Part shown: one piece after another, positions 9,037 to 16,588 of the stretch
Position numbering within the stretch: the stretch's first letter is position 1
Layout of the letters: every line of letters begins with the position of its first letter
NCBI GenBank assembly: GCA_943349825.1
Contig: CALQZQ010000004.1
Coordinates: 51,866-115,865, forward strand
Length of the DNA stretch: 64,000 nucleotides
From: Candidatus Peribacteria bacterium
Lineage (GTDB): Bacteria; Patescibacteriota; Gracilibacteria; UBA1369; 2-02-FULL-48-14
Direction: 5' to 3'
Translations under genes and position numbers: made by a program
The notes under the pieces: generated by a model
What the model saw: the letters and a program-made list of their open reading frames with translations, nothing else
What the model was told of the DNA's origin: nothing
Databases searched by the model: none

Positions 9037-9146
9037 TTCTCCAGGATCGTCAAAGCAATGTTACACCGATTCCATTGACGCTTTTTGAATTGTTTTTGGA
9101 GTACAAAAAAGAGGCCAGATTGGGTGATCTGGAAGAAACTTGTGGG

Positions 9147-9524
9147 CTAATTTTTAGGCACGTAATTTACTCCTTCTATTCCCTCGAAATCACGGTCCAT
9201 GGTGTAAACAGTGGCTCCGGTGGCATAGGCAGTGGCGAGAATGATGCTGTCGGCCATAGGAAGCTGGAGGTCTTTGCTGAGTGTTGCGGCCCAAATAGAG
9301 AGGTACTCATTGAGTTCAACAACTCGCCCTTTCTTCATCTGATTGGTGGCTTCGATGGCTCGGGTTTCGTCGGCGACTACAAGGAACCTTTTGTAGACTT
9401 CAAAGAGGGTGATGCTTGGCACAATGAGGTCGTCAGTATTATGAATGAAAGGCCGGAAATGCGCCCGCTGAGGGCCTCCTATGAAATATTCGATCCAAGC
9501 TGAGCTGTCTACAATATTGTTCAT
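9147..9524 (-). CDS. vapC: PIN-domain toxin VapC
   Basis: Begins IVDSSAWIEYF and contains ILATA..GATVYTMDRDF. It is 125 aa and overlaps the upstream antitoxin gene by 4 nt. Confidence 0.85.
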   Translation of the reverse strand: MNNIVDSSAWIEYFIGGPQRAHFRPFIHNTDDLIVPSITLFEVYKRFLVVADETRAIEATNQMKKGRVVELNEYLSIWAATLSKDLQLPMADSIILATAYATGATVYTMDRDFEGIEGVNYVPKN

Positions 9525-9727
9525 ACTTCTCGGTCGGGTTCACGTTCAAACTGTAGGTTCAGACCTTTGTACCTTCCTTCAAAGTTCTCTATAGGTTCAT
9601 CGGGGACTAACTCGATACGGCCTTGATTGGCCCACACCTGAAATTTAGCACCTGCTTTTAGGTTCAACTGTTCACGGACCACTTTTGGGATCACAATTTG
9701 GAATTTTGGGGATAGAGTGATAGTCAT
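9521..9727 (-). CDS. vapB: AbrB/SpoVT-type antitoxin VapB
   Basis: Begins MTITLSPKFQIVIPKVVREQLNLKAGAKF. Start ATG9727 is placed downstream of a TTGCAT-N17-TATAAT promoter. Confidence 0.8.
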   Translation of the reverse strand: MTITLSPKFQIVIPKVVREQLNLKAGAKFQVWANQGRIELVPDEPIENFEGRYKGLNLQFEREPDREV

Positions 9728-9758
9728 ACGTTTTTGTGATCGATAAGGAAACGGTAAA

Positions 9759-9787
9759 ATTATACCTGTTCTGGTTTTTGAATGCAA
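9759..9787 (-). promoter_or_regulatory. vapBC promoter TTGCAT-N17-TATAAT
   Basis: The -35 lies at 9782-9787 and the -10 at 9759-9764 (minus strand). Confidence 0.6.
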
Positions 9788-9815
9788 GGGTTTTTGAGTA
9801 AGTCAGAACGCTTGC

Positions 9816-9844
9816 TTGACATTTTTTAGAAATGGCCTTATATT
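9816..9844 (+). promoter_or_regulatory. sigma70 consensus-like promoter TTGACA-N17-TATATT
   Basis: The -35 lies at 9816-9821 and the -10 at 9839-9844, 24 nt upstream of ATG 9869. Confidence 0.65.
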
Positions 9845-9868
9845 GCTGTAATACTAATCCTACGGTAT

Positions 9869-10762
9869 ATGACAGCTCACCCTACTTCTGCTCCTGCTCA
9901 TGACGATCACGCTCCTACGGCTGTTCCTGCTGCTCCTCAGGCAGCGCCTTCTTCTGCACCTACTGTAGTGGAAGCTTCACATGCTCCTCAGGGCGTGGAG
10001 GCCATGACGCCCGCAGTGAAGGCGGCTTGTCTCAGTACTTTACGAGGAAAAGTGGAAGCAGCTCAGGCTTTGGATGGAGCGGCTAATCTTACCGACCGTC
10101 ATCACGTTTCTACGGCGGCTAGTTTGCTGACTCCGGGAATTTTGGATGCGGGGGTTTCTGCGAGCATGGGGGCTTACGCTACCTGGAAGGCTTTGAGTTC
10201 CGGAGCTCGTTTGAGCACGGTGGCAAAAACCGCTTTGGCAGGTGCTGCTCATACGGTGGCTTCCTTTATTCCTGTGGGAAGTACGATTTATAAGGCGACT
10301 ATGAAGCCGATCAGCTCTAGTGCCCAGCGTTTGTGGACGGAAGCTGAAAATTATGGGACTGAGATTGTGGCCAATGGCGTGGATCACGCTGCCGTGCAAG
10401 GTGTTTTGACTGCCGGACGACAGGCTTCAGAAACGAAATCAACAAAAGTGAGTGGAGCGGTTACGAAGGCCGTTACTGGAGTGGTGGGGACGGAAATGGG
10501 TCGTGACTTCTTGGCAGCGGGGCTTGAACACGTGGCAGACCGTACTAACTTGCCTCGTCATCGCCATGTGCGCACGGGGGCCAGATTGGCCGCGGATGGT
10601 TTGAATGAAGTGAATCGCAGAACTCGCGCTGCGCATGCCGCGGCACATGCGCACGGTGGAGTCCATTTGCCTCCTCTCCCAGCAGGTTGGAACTACGTTC
10701 CTTATCCCGCAGGTGGAGCACCAGCACCTCATCCGGCCCCTGCACCAGCGCCGCACCCTTAG
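9869..10762 (+). CDS. Ala/His/Pro-rich hypothetical protein
   Basis: A 297-aa ORF that is the longest in any frame here. It has a low-complexity N-terminus (APAHDDHAPTAVPAAPQAAP) and C-terminus (PAPHPAPAPAPHP), with a strong promoter upstream. Confidence 0.5.
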   Translation: MTAHPTSAPAHDDHAPTAVPAAPQAAPSSAPTVVEASHAPQGVEAMTPAVKAACLSTLRGKVEAAQALDGAANLTDRHHVSTAASLLTPGILDAGVSASMGAYATWKALSSGARLSTVAKTALAGAAHTVASFIPVGSTIYKATMKPISSSAQRLWTEAENYGTEIVANGVDHAAVQGVLTAGRQASETKSTKVSGAVTKAVTGVVGTEMGRDFLAAGLEHVADRTNLPRHRHVRTGARLAADGLNEVNRRTRAAHAAAHAHGGVHLPPLPAGWNYVPYPAGGAPAPHPAPAPAPHP

Positions 10763-11388
10763 TGCGAACCGCACCCGCAGGCATCGCCGGATTTCTTTTC
10801 TCCAGTGGAGCAGCCACAGGAGCCTCCGCCGTTGCCCCCACAGCCACAGCCGCCGGCTTTCTTTACGAAGTTGGGATTGGTGATTTTGAAGCCGCTGCCG
10901 TAGGCCGTTTCCAGGAAGTCGACTTCGGCGCCGAGTAAGTTGGCGAAGGATTCTTTGTCCATGTAGATGGAGACCCCGTGGAATTCGGCGGTTTTATCCC
11001 CCTTGGCGGCTTTGTCCAAGAAGTCCATGCCGTACGTGGGTTCTTTGCCCCCATTGTCTTTCGCGGTGATTTTGAGGCCCCAGCCTTCTTTATCTTCGGC
11101 TTTGGCGAATTCGCGGATTTTTTCGGCGGCGGCGGAGGTCAGGTAAATGCCGTCGTCTGGAGCTTTGCGGCGGGTTAAGGCCAGGTCGTTGATGCGAGCG
11201 ATCATGTCGTCCACCACTTCTTCAGTGAGGCCGTGAGACATGGCACCCATCTTCAAAGGTTCAAACACATTCACGCTGCAAGAGGTGCAGTGCAGGCCGA
11301 AATCCTTCATGATTTCATCGGAACCCGGAACGAGTTGCATCACTTCGCCTACGAGCATGTCTCCGGTAACGAGGGGTTTCTTGGTCAT
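10759..11388 (-). CDS. DUF1858-like redox-disulfide domain fused to a HesB/IscA-like Fe-S carrier domain, with a Cys/Gly-rich tail
   Basis: The N-terminal GLHCTSCSVNVFEPLKMGAMSHGL is DUF1858-like. The middle GLKITAKD...FKITNPN is IscA-like. The C-terminal tail is GGCGCGGNGGGSCGCSTGEKKSGDACGCGSH. Confidence 0.65.
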   Translation of the reverse strand: MTKKPLVTGDMLVGEVMQLVPGSDEIMKDFGLHCTSCSVNVFEPLKMGAMSHGLTEEVVDDMIARINDLALTRRKAPDDGIYLTSAAAEKIREFAKAEDKEGWGLKITAKDNGGKEPTYGMDFLDKAAKGDKTAEFHGVSIYMDKESFANLLGAEVDFLETAYGSGFKITNPNFVKKAGGCGCGGNGGGSCGCSTGEKKSGDACGCGSH

Positions 11389-11390
11389 GA

Positions 11391-11762
11391 TTATTTTAAG
11401 AGTTGGGTATCAATGTACACCATTGCGAGGGCGAGCAGAAGCCCGAAGAAGCCGAACATGGGAAGGCGATCTTCTTTAGCCCAACGTACTTTCCACGCGA
11501 CGAGGGAAGGGGAAAGGTGGCTGAGGCCTTTGAGGGCGATGAGAGCTCCGAGCCAAGAGAGCACGCTGTCCCAGCTCCAAGCGAATTTTACTGTGCTGGT
11601 GCTGAAAATGAGTAAAGCCAGCATCATGGGGCCGACGGCACTCAGGAATTGCAAACCTGAGGAATTGCCCCACTCTTTTAAGGTTTTTGCCATGCTCGAG
11701 GGATTCAGGACCATTTTTAAACAGATCGGAAGAACGAAGAGAGCGAGTAGGGTGAGAGACAT
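11391..11762 (-). CDS. small membrane protein
   Basis: A 123-aa ORF with 3-4 hydrophobic segments. Its stop lies 2 nt from the start of the downstream gene. Confidence 0.55.
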   Translation of the reverse strand: MSLTLLALFVLPICLKMVLNPSSMAKTLKEWGNSSGLQFLSAVGPMMLALLIFSTSTVKFAWSWDSVLSWLGALIALKGLSHLSPSLVAWKVRWAKEDRLPMFGFFGLLLALAMVYIDTQLLK

Positions 11763-11820
11763 AGGCGTGGAGTTAAAAAGCGTAGCTTTGTTTTACTCCA
11801 AAACCGAGAAAATCACAATA

Positions 11821-12086
11821 ACGTGAATCTTGAAACCCTCATTCGCTCTAAGGGACCTACACACTTCTGAAGCGGGAGCGAAGGCACTCGGATGCATGAT
11901 CCTCGTACCTTCTTCCTTAAGGTTTGTGCTTCAAAAGTGTGTAGGTCCCAAACCGAAAGAGAGTTTGAAATCCCATAATAGAAAAAAGTTGGTGTATCTT
12001 TTGGGAAGCATCAATCATGAACTTTCTCAGAGCGCTCCATGCTGAGCGGAAGATACACCAACTTCTATTGGTTTCAAGATTCACGT
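11821..12086. other. 266-nt multi-hairpin element closed by a 17-bp perfect stem (candidate structured RNA or MITE-like element)
   Basis: ACGTGAATCTTGAAACC (11821-11837) pairs with GGTTTCAAGATTCACGT (12070-12086). Inner hairpin A pairs 11851-11873 with 11928-11949 (one mismatch). Inner hairpin B pairs 11987-12000 with 12050-12064. Confidence 0.6.
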
Positions 12087-12088
12087 TT

Positions 12089-12391
12089 CTAGTCTTCGTC
12101 GGCGCCTTCTTTAACGCTTTCTTCCATCTCATCGATGCTTTCGGTGAGTTCTTCCATTTGAGTTTCGATAGCGCCTTGCATTTCTTCCCAACTTTCGTCG
12201 TCGGCCTGTTCCATTTCGTCCAGGCTCATTTTGCAATCTTCCGCTTCGCGGCGAACATTGTTGAGATCTTCCGTGATGGCATCGTTCTCGTCGTTTTCCA
12301 TGCTGCTGATTTTTTCTTCGAGTTCATCGATGCGTTCATCCAAAGCTTCGAGTTCTTCGCGGAGCTTATCCATGATGTCAGAGCGGTCCAT
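12089..12391 (-). CDS. acidic coiled-coil protein
   Basis: A 100-aa ORF rich in Glu and Asp (EELEALDERIDELEEKISSMEND...). Confidence 0.5.
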   Translation of the reverse strand: MDRSDIMDKLREELEALDERIDELEEKISSMENDENDAITEDLNNVRREAEDCKMSLDEMEQADDESWEEMQGAIETQMEELTESIDEMEESVKEGADED

Positions 12392-12402
12392 GAGTGAAAG
12401 GG

Positions 12403-13629
12403 TTAACTTTTAAGCGGTTTCGAACGGAAATATATCACAAAGATTCCTGCTGCCAAGAGAATTAATCCGGCGGCGGTCCATGTGGGGAGATTTTGATCGA
12501 TGTTCACCAGGAAACCTGCGAGCAGTGGAGGCACGGCTTGCCCCAGAGCGCGGAGCGATTGCGTTATGCCCATGGCTTCGCCTTGTTCGTTGGGGCTGCA
12601 GAGATTAGAAAGCACCGCGGTTTCGTTGGGGAAGCAAAGCCCTTCGGCAATGGCCATGAAGGGTTGAATGAGGAAGAGCCCGGCTATGCCGCTGGGAAGG
12701 GTGATGGCAAAGAGTGTGAGGCTGAGGGCCACGAGGGCGTAGGGCAGGATTTTGGCAGGTGCGAAATGGCGAGAGACGATGCGAGTGACAAAGCCTTGAG
12801 CGAAGGCGATCCAGATTCCGATGTAAGCGAAAATAGTGCCGATTTGCGCTTCTGGGCTGTGGAATTTATCCACGAGAAAAACGGGAAAGAATTGAGTGAA
12901 GAAACAGAATCCAATCGAATGGAGAAAAATCACCAAGAAAATGGTGCGGAGTTTGTGGCGGCTCCAGGCTTTGCGCAGGTGCGTGAAGCCAATGAAAGGA
13001 TGTACGGCCCTAGTGGTTTTTTCTTGGAGCGTTTCATCAAACCAGAAAGAGATGAAGAACAGGTTGAAGAGGGAGAGTGCCGCGGCGAAGCAAAAAGGAA
13101 TGGTGGGGTTGAACCAAGAAACGAGAGAGGAATCGGAGAAGATTCCGCCTAAGAAGGGCCCAATGATGAAGCCAAAGCCAAAGGCCATGCCGATGAGGCC
13201 AAAGTTTTTGGCGCGGTTTTGAGGGGTGCTCGTGTCGGCGATGGCGGAACTGGCCACGGCGATGTTTCCGCCGGTGAATCCGTCTAGCGCGCGGCTGACA
13301 TAAAGCAGCCAGAGTTGCTGCGTGAGCAGACCGTAGGCAAAGAGTAGGTAGCCGAGCATGGTTCCGAAGAGGGAGGCCTGGAGTAGGGGTTTGCGTCCGT
13401 AGCGGTCGGAGAGGGTGCCGAGTACCGGGGCTCCAAAGAATTGAGCGATGGGGTAGGCGGCGATCAAGAGTCCGAGGGCGATGTTGCGTGTTTGTTCGCT
13501 CCAGGCGGCGGGTGCGATGAGGCTGGCCGGATCTTTCATCAGCGGGGCGAGTACGGGAATCAAAATGCCCACACCGATCAGGTCTAGGAGGATAATGAGG
13601 AAGAGAATGAGGAGCTTGTGTTTTTTCAT
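12403..13629 (-). CDS. MFS transporter (drug:H+ antiporter-like)
   Basis: Has about 12 hydrophobic segments and the MFS motif A GTLSDRYGRKPLL. Confidence 0.85.
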   Translation of the reverse strand: MKKHKLLILFLIILLDLIGVGILIPVLAPLMKDPASLIAPAAWSEQTRNIALGLLIAAYPIAQFFGAPVLGTLSDRYGRKPLLQASLFGTMLGYLLFAYGLLTQQLWLLYVSRALDGFTGGNIAVASSAIADTSTPQNRAKNFGLIGMAFGFGFIIGPFLGGIFSDSSLVSWFNPTIPFCFAAALSLFNLFFISFWFDETLQEKTTRAVHPFIGFTHLRKAWSRHKLRTIFLVIFLHSIGFCFFTQFFPVFLVDKFHSPEAQIGTIFAYIGIWIAFAQGFVTRIVSRHFAPAKILPYALVALSLTLFAITLPSGIAGLFLIQPFMAIAEGLCFPNETAVLSNLCSPNEQGEAMGITQSLRALGQAVPPLLAGFLVNIDQNLPTWTAAGLILLAAGIFVIYFRSKPLKS

Positions 13630-13650
13630 CTGGGGCAGTATACGGGCCTT

Positions 13651-13814
13651 AGAGGGTATTTAAAAAGTCATTTCCTATTACAATGTTAGAATTTTGGCTC
13701 CAACTGCGTCACTCCTCCTCGACGTATCTCTACCGATACGTTTTCGTCGTCGGTCCTTGTTTCGCTCAAAATGCTAAACCTTTCATTACGAAAATGACTT
13801 TTTAAATACCCTCT
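13651..13814. repeat. 23-bp perfect inverted repeat flanking 118 bp in a divergent promoter region
   Basis: AGAGGGTATTTAAAAAGTCATTT (13651-13673) pairs with AAATGACTTTTTAAATACCCTCT (13792-13814). The interior has further imperfect pairing (ACGTATC/GATACGT, CGACG/CGTCG). Confidence 0.7.
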
Positions 13815-13816
13815 TG

Positions 13817-14461
13817 ATGCCCAGACAAAAGCTGAAACATTTTGCGGAAATGAAGGAGTGGACTCACGTTTTTGAGCCCACGCTGAATCGCGCGGAGCGT
13901 TTGGAAACGGCCGGCACTTGGGGGCCGCGCGTGATTGTGGAATTGGCCTGCGGCGGTGGAAATTACACGGTGGCTCTTGCGGAACGCTTCCCGGACAGCA
14001 CGGTGATTGGAGTGGACATTAAGGGGTCGCGCATGTGGCACGGGGCGCGGCTGGCTTTGGAACGCGGATTTTCGAGCGTGCGCTTTTTGCGCATTTTGAT
14101 CGAGGACTTGGCTCAGTATTTTGCGCCTGCGGAAGTGGATGAAATTTGGATCACCTTTCCGGATCCGCATCCCACTTTGGGAAATGCCAAGAGGCGCCTC
14201 ACGTCCCCCCGTTTTTTGGAAATTTATAAAAAGATTTTGAAGCCCGGCGGCCGCGTTCATTTAAAAACCGACAATGAAGCCTTGTTCGATTATTCCGTGG
14301 AGAGTTTTCGCGAGGCGGGTTTTGAGGAGTTGCGCGTGCTGCGCGATGTGTACGCGGAGGGTTTTGTAGATCCACTGCTCCAAGAAGTACAGACTGCGTA
14401 TGAGCAGAAGTACCTCAAGGAGGGGAGGAAGATCAGGTATGGGGAATTTAGAGTCGCTTAG
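13817..14461 (+). CDS. trmB: tRNA (guanine46-N7)-methyltransferase
   Basis: Contains ELACGGGNYTVALAERFP, VIGVDIKG and WITFPDPHP motifs. Start is ATG13817; a TTG at 13814 is also possible. Confidence 0.9.
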   Translation: MPRQKLKHFAEMKEWTHVFEPTLNRAERLETAGTWGPRVIVELACGGGNYTVALAERFPDSTVIGVDIKGSRMWHGARLALERGFSSVRFLRILIEDLAQYFAPAEVDEIWITFPDPHPTLGNAKRRLTSPRFLEIYKKILKPGGRVHLKTDNEALFDYSVESFREAGFEELRVLRDVYAEGFVDPLLQEVQTAYEQKYLKEGRKIRYGEFRVA

Positions 14462-15381
14462 GCAGCGAGTTTTTCTTCTACTGCCCTTGCCACTAAAGTG
14501 GCCATGAATTCCACCCGGACTGGATCCACTTTTGCTGTGCGGGAATCGAAGGTACTGCCCACGGCGCTGCACAAAGAATCTTTGCGGAAGTCGGGAGCGA
14601 TTACTCTTCCAGGTTTGCCGCGCATGTCTCTGTAGTCAGGGTAGCCGTGTTCTGTGTCATAAGGATCGTTGAACGCCCAAGGCATTCCATTCGCATCGAA
14701 CAGTCTTCCTAAGATTGTGTACAAGTCCATGTCTGCCAGTCTCACTCCGTTTTCTTTTCCGGTGATGAAATCGTGCTGACGAGGATTTCTGCGATCTAAG
14801 CCCCAGCCTTGTGCTGCCACGTATTCTGGCAGACTTTCGCGACTCAATTTGGGTCTTAAGCCCTTTTTGGGTCCGGATATGTCCATGCTGTGCAGGTGGA
14901 GGATGGGGATCTTTCCCAGAGCTGCCACAATTTTGCGGTAGGCTAGCAATTGTTCACCGTGGATTTCACGCAGAGGTGCGTTTACAACTTCAAATGCTTC
15001 GGGAGTCCAAATAGCAGGAGTGACGCCTTCTTGCCCTTCGTTCAGGTTAAGGTTCAGGAGTCCACGATTGATTTGGCCGTTTATAAGTAGACCACCGGGT
15101 ACTTTGTCTAAAATGGATCGGCTGAGAGGGTCGATTCCTTTGTCGCGCTCGGATTCGAGGTATTCTCGTAACAAACTTTCATCTAAGCCCAGTTGGGCGA
15201 GGATTTCATCGGGAATTTCAGCGATTCCCATTGGATCGTTTCCCGTGTCGTGGTGATCGTGAAAACTGGTAAGGACGTAGCGGATGTCCGCCAAGGTCTT
15301 TTTTCCGACGTTTCCAAGAGAGTGAGCTACGCTCAGTTTTCGGTCGCGTACAGCCGGTAATTGATGGAGAGAATCGAGCAT
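14458..15381 (-). CDS. hypothetical protein
   Basis: A 307-aa ORF with no recognised motif. It contains an FHDHHDTGNDP His-rich patch and overlaps the trmB stop by 4 nt (convergent). Confidence 0.55.
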   Translation of the reverse strand: MLDSLHQLPAVRDRKLSVAHSLGNVGKKTLADIRYVLTSFHDHHDTGNDPMGIAEIPDEILAQLGLDESLLREYLESERDKGIDPLSRSILDKVPGGLLINGQINRGLLNLNLNEGQEGVTPAIWTPEAFEVVNAPLREIHGEQLLAYRKIVAALGKIPILHLHSMDISGPKKGLRPKLSRESLPEYVAAQGWGLDRRNPRQHDFITGKENGVRLADMDLYTILGRLFDANGMPWAFNDPYDTEHGYPDYRDMRGKPGRVIAPDFRKDSLCSAVGSTFDSRTAKVDPVRVEFMATLVARAVEEKLAA

Positions 15382-15476
15382 GGATCTGGTTAAAGAAGCT
15401 TATCTTGACATCAATCTGTAGTATTGTCAATATTTTTGGGTGAAGTTTTCCAAGGGTCTTTTGTTATACTCAGTTT

Positions 15477-16574
15477 ATGGAAGAAAAAAGCTTCAATCCT
15501 CCCCTGGAACTCGCTCGGCGTTTGATTGAATTTGAAACGACGGAGGCTCGTTTGGATGAGCGGGAGGCGATTATTGAATACTGTCGTGGTTTGATGAATC
15601 CCCGTGCACGGGTGGCGGTGAAGCGTTTTAAGAAAAATCCTTTGCTGCTCGCTTCCTTGAAGGGGACGGGTCCGCGGATTTGTTTTTATGCGCATTTGGA
15701 TGTGGTGGGAGGTGCGAAGAAAGAGTTTCGCCCCAAGGTGAAAAATGGGCGCTTGTATGGGCGTGGAAGTGGAGACATGAAGGGACCAGCCGCTGTGATG
15801 ATTGAACTTTTTAATGAAATGGCTGCTTGGGAACAGGTTCCTAATGTGGATTTGCTGCTCACTACGGACGAAGAGAACGGGGGAATGAATGGGGCGGGTG
15901 CGCTGCTGGCAAAAAAGTATCGCTGTGACGTGGTGGTGATTCCGGACAATGGCATGGGGCTCAAAGAAATTGTTTTGGCGCAAAAAGGGGTTTTGGAATT
16001 GCGCCTGTGGAGAAAAGGGAAACTGGCGCATGGATCCAGGCCAAAAGACGGAGTCAACGCGATAGAGCTTTTATGGAAAGATTATGAAAAAATAAGAAAA
16101 ATCTTCAAAGCGGATAGGAAGAAGGGATGGGCGACCACTTTCAATCTGGGTCAAATGCACGGGGGCTTTTATAACAATCAAGTGCCCAGCGAAGCCGAGA
16201 TGTATTTGGACATTCGTTACACCGAAGAGAGACAACGGAAAAGAATTTTGAAGCACATTTCAAGCATCACCAACAACGTGGATGTGCTCTTGGATTTTCC
16301 GCCTTTCACTCAAGACTCAGACAATGTTTTCGTGCAGCAGTTCAAAAAATCTTTGGAATTGCACGTGGGCGGGAAGCCGGAATTTTATCGAGAATCGGGG
16401 GCTTCGGATGCACGGTTCTTTTCTGAACATGGCATCCCCGCTATTGTCACCGGGGTTCACAAAAAGAACATTCATGCGGAGAACGAATGGGTGAGTGTGC
16501 ACGAGTTGGAAGTTTTCTATAAGGTCTTGAAGGATTTCGTGGGGAGCTTGCTTCAGCCTGGATTTGGTGTATAG
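15477..16574 (+). CDS. M20-family metallopeptidase (ArgE/DapE-like)
   Basis: Contains HLDVV, GRGSGDMKGPAA and TTDEENGG motifs. Confidence 0.8.
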   Translation: MEEKSFNPPLELARRLIEFETTEARLDEREAIIEYCRGLMNPRARVAVKRFKKNPLLLASLKGTGPRICFYAHLDVVGGAKKEFRPKVKNGRLYGRGSGDMKGPAAVMIELFNEMAAWEQVPNVDLLLTTDEENGGMNGAGALLAKKYRCDVVVIPDNGMGLKEIVLAQKGVLELRLWRKGKLAHGSRPKDGVNAIELLWKDYEKIRKIFKADRKKGWATTFNLGQMHGGFYNNQVPSEAEMYLDIRYTEERQRKRILKHISSITNNVDVLLDFPPFTQDSDNVFVQQFKKSLELHVGGKPEFYRESGASDARFFSEHGIPAIVTGVHKKNIHAENEWVSVHELEVFYKVLKDFVGSLLQPGFGV

Positions 16575-16588
16575 TTACGGGGACATTT

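Noticed and set aside
8912-9146. A cobalamin riboswitch upstream of the B12-dependent nrdJ.
   Set aside because: I could not find the conserved B12-box (GCCACUG-like) or the expected GC-rich multi-stem leader. The region is better explained by NrdR-type palindromes.
11830-12132. 71-aa ORFs on both strands inside the 11821-12086 element.
   Set aside because: They are mutually overlapping and coincide with long base-paired stems, with no promoter or motif support. The palindromic structure explains the open frames.
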